Positions 61,263-64,000 of a DNA stretch of 64,000 nt are shown here, piece after piece. The stretch covers positions 640,001 to 704,000 of the forward strand of contig OY763415.1 of NCBI GenBank assembly GCA_963667565.1, given 5' to 3'. Made by a program: the position numbers and the translations under genes. The notes beneath the pieces were generated by a model. That model did not search any database, was not told the DNA's origin, and worked only from the letters and a program-made list of their open reading frames with translations. How positions within the stretch are numbered: position 1 is the first letter of the stretch; each line of letters starts with the position of its first letter. The stretch is from Acholeplasmataceae bacterium. GTDB lineage: Bacteria; Bacillota_I; Bacilli_A; Acholeplasmatales; Acholeplasmataceae.

Positions 61263-62618
61263 TTATTTTAATTCTAAAAGTGATATACTTTCAACAAGTG
61301 ATGTTTGTGGGAACATATCTAGCGGAACAACTTCAATTAACTTATATGATTTCAATAATAAGTTTAAGTCTTTAGCAAGCGTTGATGGATTACATGAACC
61401 ATAGATGAGCTTTCTTGGTTTAAAACCTAAAATAAGATCAATCGTTTCCTTACCTAATCCAACACGTGGTGGGTCAAAAAACATGACATCAATCTTCTTC
61501 ATTTTAAGTCCACTAAGTGCACGCTTGAAATCACTTTGTAATACAGTCACATTTTTAATGTGGTTTTTTTCTAATGAGAGTTTAGCACTTTCACATGCTT
61601 TTTTATCAATTTCAATAGCATAGACTTGGCGACAAGAATTTGCTACATAATGGCTCACTGGCGCAGTTCCAGCAAATGCATCAATAACAACATCATGCTT
61701 TTTAAGCTTTGCAAGTCTCACCATTTCTTGATAAAATTTTTGCGCTTGTCCATGATTAAGTTGAAAAAATGCTTCTGGTTTTAATTCAAATTCAAATGTG
61801 CTTAACGTTTCACTTATGGTATCTTTACCTGCAAGTTTCTTTAAACTTGAATTAAAGAATCCTAATTGATCTTTTTTCTTATCGATGACTTTAAACACGG
61901 AGACGATATGCTCATTTTTTTCTACAAGTTCTAAAGCAAGATCCGTAAGTTTTGCTACATCTTTTAATAATACAAATGTGATTTGTACTTCACCAAGTGA
62001 TGATGCTCTACAAACAATAGATTGAACAAATCCATCATTATATTTATCATCATATCCTTTAATTTTATAGATATCTAACAATCTAAGTGCTTCTGAAATA
62101 CTTTGATTAACACGTTCATCTTGAATTGGACATGCGTCCATTTGAATAAATTTTCTACTTCTTTCCTGATACATACCTACATGATTTTTACCATTAAATC
62201 TAACAGGTAGACTCGCTTTATTTCTGTAATGCGTTTCTTTATCAGAAGTGATTGTTTCTCCTACGATTGAATCTGGCAAATCTCTAAATGTGTATCTTTT
62301 TAATGCATCAAGCAATGTTTGTCTTTTAGCATCTTTAATCTTTTCTTGACTTAAATGCTGTAATTGGCACCCACCACATTTATCATAAATCGGACAAAAA
62401 GGTGTCACGCGATCTTCTGATACAATATTTGTTTTAATCAGTTTTGCTACCAATCTATTATCAAAGACTTCTTTAATCTCAACATCCACATTTTCAGAAG
62501 GAAGCGCATAATCAACAAAAACGGTCATTTTATTAAAATAACCGATACCTTCCCCATTAATACCTATTTTTCTTATATCTAAATTTAACTTTTGTCCTAC
62601 TTCAAATTGATTTTCCAT
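61263..62618 (-). CDS. rlmD: 23S rRNA (uracil-5)-methyltransferase RlmD/RlmCD
   Basis: TRAM domain; CPIYDKCGGC, YRNK, FFQ, DPPR, SCNPSTLAKD and DMFPQT motifs. Confidence 0.93.
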   Translation of the reverse strand: MENQFEVGQKLNLDIRKIGINGEGIGYFNKMTVFVDYALPSENVDVEIKEVFDNRLVAKLIKTNIVSEDRVTPFCPIYDKCGGCQLQHLSQEKIKDAKRQTLLDALKRYTFRDLPDSIVGETITSDKETHYRNKASLPVRFNGKNHVGMYQERSRKFIQMDACPIQDERVNQSISEALRLLDIYKIKGYDDKYNDGFVQSIVCRASSLGEVQITFVLLKDVAKLTDLALELVEKNEHIVSVFKVIDKKKDQLGFFNSSLKKLAGKDTISETLSTFEFELKPEAFFQLNHGQAQKFYQEMVRLAKLKKHDVVIDAFAGTAPVSHYVANSCRQVYAIEIDKKACESAKLSLEKNHIKNVTVLQSDFKRALSGLKMKKIDVMFFDPPRVGLGKETIDLILGFKPRKLIYGSCNPSTLAKDLNLLLKSYKLIEVVPLDMFPQTSLVESISLLELK

Positions 62619-62686
62619 ATTATCACCTGCTCATATCTATTTTAACATAATAAAATAGACAAAGAACGTTCTTTGTCTATTTATCT

Positions 62687-63721
62687 CTATTCTTTTTCAT
62701 CAAGTAATTCTTTAAGTGCAGGAATAACAATCTCTCCATAAGTTTTAATACTTTCCATCGTCATTTCATGCGGCATAATTGAACCAGGCATTTGGTATAT
62801 AAAACGATCAATACCTAATCCTTTAATCATATGATACATGCGCTTAACTACAGTCTCTTGATTACCAATGATGAGTGGTCCATGATTGACATAAGCTAAA
62901 AAATTTTGATAACTTATATGATTATTCCACCCACGTTCACTGCCTATTTTTTCAAACTGATCGCGATAAACTGGATAGTATCTTTCTAATAAATCTTCGA
63001 CGTTTTCACTAATCATTCCATGAATAGCAATACTAATCTCCATTTTATCTAAATCGTGACCTGCTTCTTTATACGTATGCTTATATAAATCAATGAGTGG
63101 TTTAAAGTTTAAAGGATTCCCACCAATAATAGCAAACGTAATGGGTAAACCTAATTTTGCAGCTCTTACGACAGATTGATATGTGCCACCAACACCAATA
63201 CCAATCTTTAAATCGTAAATATCTCTAGGATATGCGCTTTGATTAACAAGGGGTTCTCTATATTTACCACTCCAATTGATGACTTCTTCATGTTTAGCTT
63301 TAAGTAATAATTCAAGTTTTTCAGTAAATAAGCCATTATAATCTTCTAAATGATATCCAAATAATGGAAAACTTTCCGTAAAAGATCCACGTCCAGCAAT
63401 CATTTCTGCTCTTCCATCAGAAATTAAATCAAGTGTAGAAAATTGCTCATACAATCTTATGGGATCATCAGAAGATAATACTGTAACTGCAGTACCTAAG
63501 ATGATGCGTTTAGTAAGCGGTGCTGCTGCAGCTAATATGATTTGCGGACTAGATGCTGCATAATCGTTTCTGTGATGCTCACCAATACCATAAAAATCAA
63601 TCCCAACTTGATCAGCTAAGACGATTTCTTCTAATGCGTGTTTGATACGTTTTTGATCAGATATTTTAGGTCCATTTTGATTTGCACCTGTTTCTAAGAA
63701 TGTCATCATTCCAAATTTCAT
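62687..63721 (-). CDS. Luciferase-like (LLM) flavin-dependent oxidoreductase
   Basis: GEHH, LSSDDP.R, GRGSF.ESFPLFG and GVGG motifs. Confidence 0.9.
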   Translation of the reverse strand: MKFGMMTFLETGANQNGPKISDQKRIKHALEEIVLADQVGIDFYGIGEHHRNDYAASSPQIILAAAAPLTKRIILGTAVTVLSSDDPIRLYEQFSTLDLISDGRAEMIAGRGSFTESFPLFGYHLEDYNGLFTEKLELLLKAKHEEVINWSGKYREPLVNQSAYPRDIYDLKIGIGVGGTYQSVVRAAKLGLPITFAIIGGNPLNFKPLIDLYKHTYKEAGHDLDKMEISIAIHGMISENVEDLLERYYPVYRDQFEKIGSERGWNNHISYQNFLAYVNHGPLIIGNQETVVKRMYHMIKGLGIDRFIYQMPGSIMPHEMTMESIKTYGEIVIPALKELLDEKE

Positions 63722-63821
63722 AGTTATCACCTGAAATCATTTTACTTTAATCTATATATATAATCAAAACAAATGACTTACAAAATGTAACTAAATAAAA
63801 AACGAGTAATTATCAACTCGT

Positions 63822-64000
63822 TTACAATGCTTTACTTAATATTAATTTAAATTTGCGATCTTCTGATCTTTCCAGCAATATTTTAAATTCTAATACATCA
63901 CATATCTTTTTTACAATCGATAATCCAACACCATGACCACTGATATGTTTCGTTGATTCACTTCTATAAAATAATTCAAAGAGTTTGGATAAATCTTCTT
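63822..64000 (-). CDS. Sensor histidine kinase, C-terminal HATPase fragment (partial)
   Basis: Manual translation EDLSKLFELFYRSESTKHISGHGVGLSIVKKIC... shows the F and G2 boxes; followed by a terminator. Confidence 0.85.
   Translation of the reverse strand, partial: EDLSKLFELFYRSESTKHISGHGVGLSIVKKICDVLEFKILLERSEDRKFKLILSKAL

Noticed and set aside
1..64000. CRISPR arrays, tRNA/rRNA genes, IS elements, prophage genes
   Set aside because: I saw no regularly spaced repeats, cloverleaf or rRNA signatures, transposases or integrases by eye; short or degenerate elements could have been missed.

Overview
AT-rich bacterial DNA using genetic code 11 (TGA is a stop, TGG is Trp). The gene content suggests a wall-less Acholeplasmatales-type Mollicute; this is an inference. 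The left part (1-18.7 kb) is housekeeping: a nucleoside ABC system, radC-glf-folC-valS under a Val T-box, ugd, engB-lon-tig with a CIRCE element, and a PEPCK-like gene. A large Wzx/Wzy polysaccharide locus occupies 18.7-43.3 kb. It has two tyrosine-kinase triads, rml genes including a Tll-RmlD fusion, a pyruvyltransferase with a MurB-like reductase, and an EAL phosphodiesterase. The most notable region (45.9-55.2 kb) is a cyclase-free RiPP-like cassette. It contains an unannotated 40-aa YxxP-leader, Ser-rich peptide (50863-50985), a PqqD/RRE protein, an S26-type peptidase, an HPr-kinase-like kinase, a nucleotidyltransferase, an ABC exporter and a lipoprotein. The peptide gene is coupled to a large frameshifted surface nuclease. 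Directly after the cassette lie two unannotated minus-strand sRNA candidates. One has three C-rich segments complementary to the structured leader of the capsule operon and to the start regions of the peptide and kinase genes. The right end has a YtrA-ABC operon, a second YghO-like acyltransferase, a split peptidase E, rlmD, an LLM oxidoreductase and a partial histidine kinase. All family calls are from motif recognition by eye; no searches were run.
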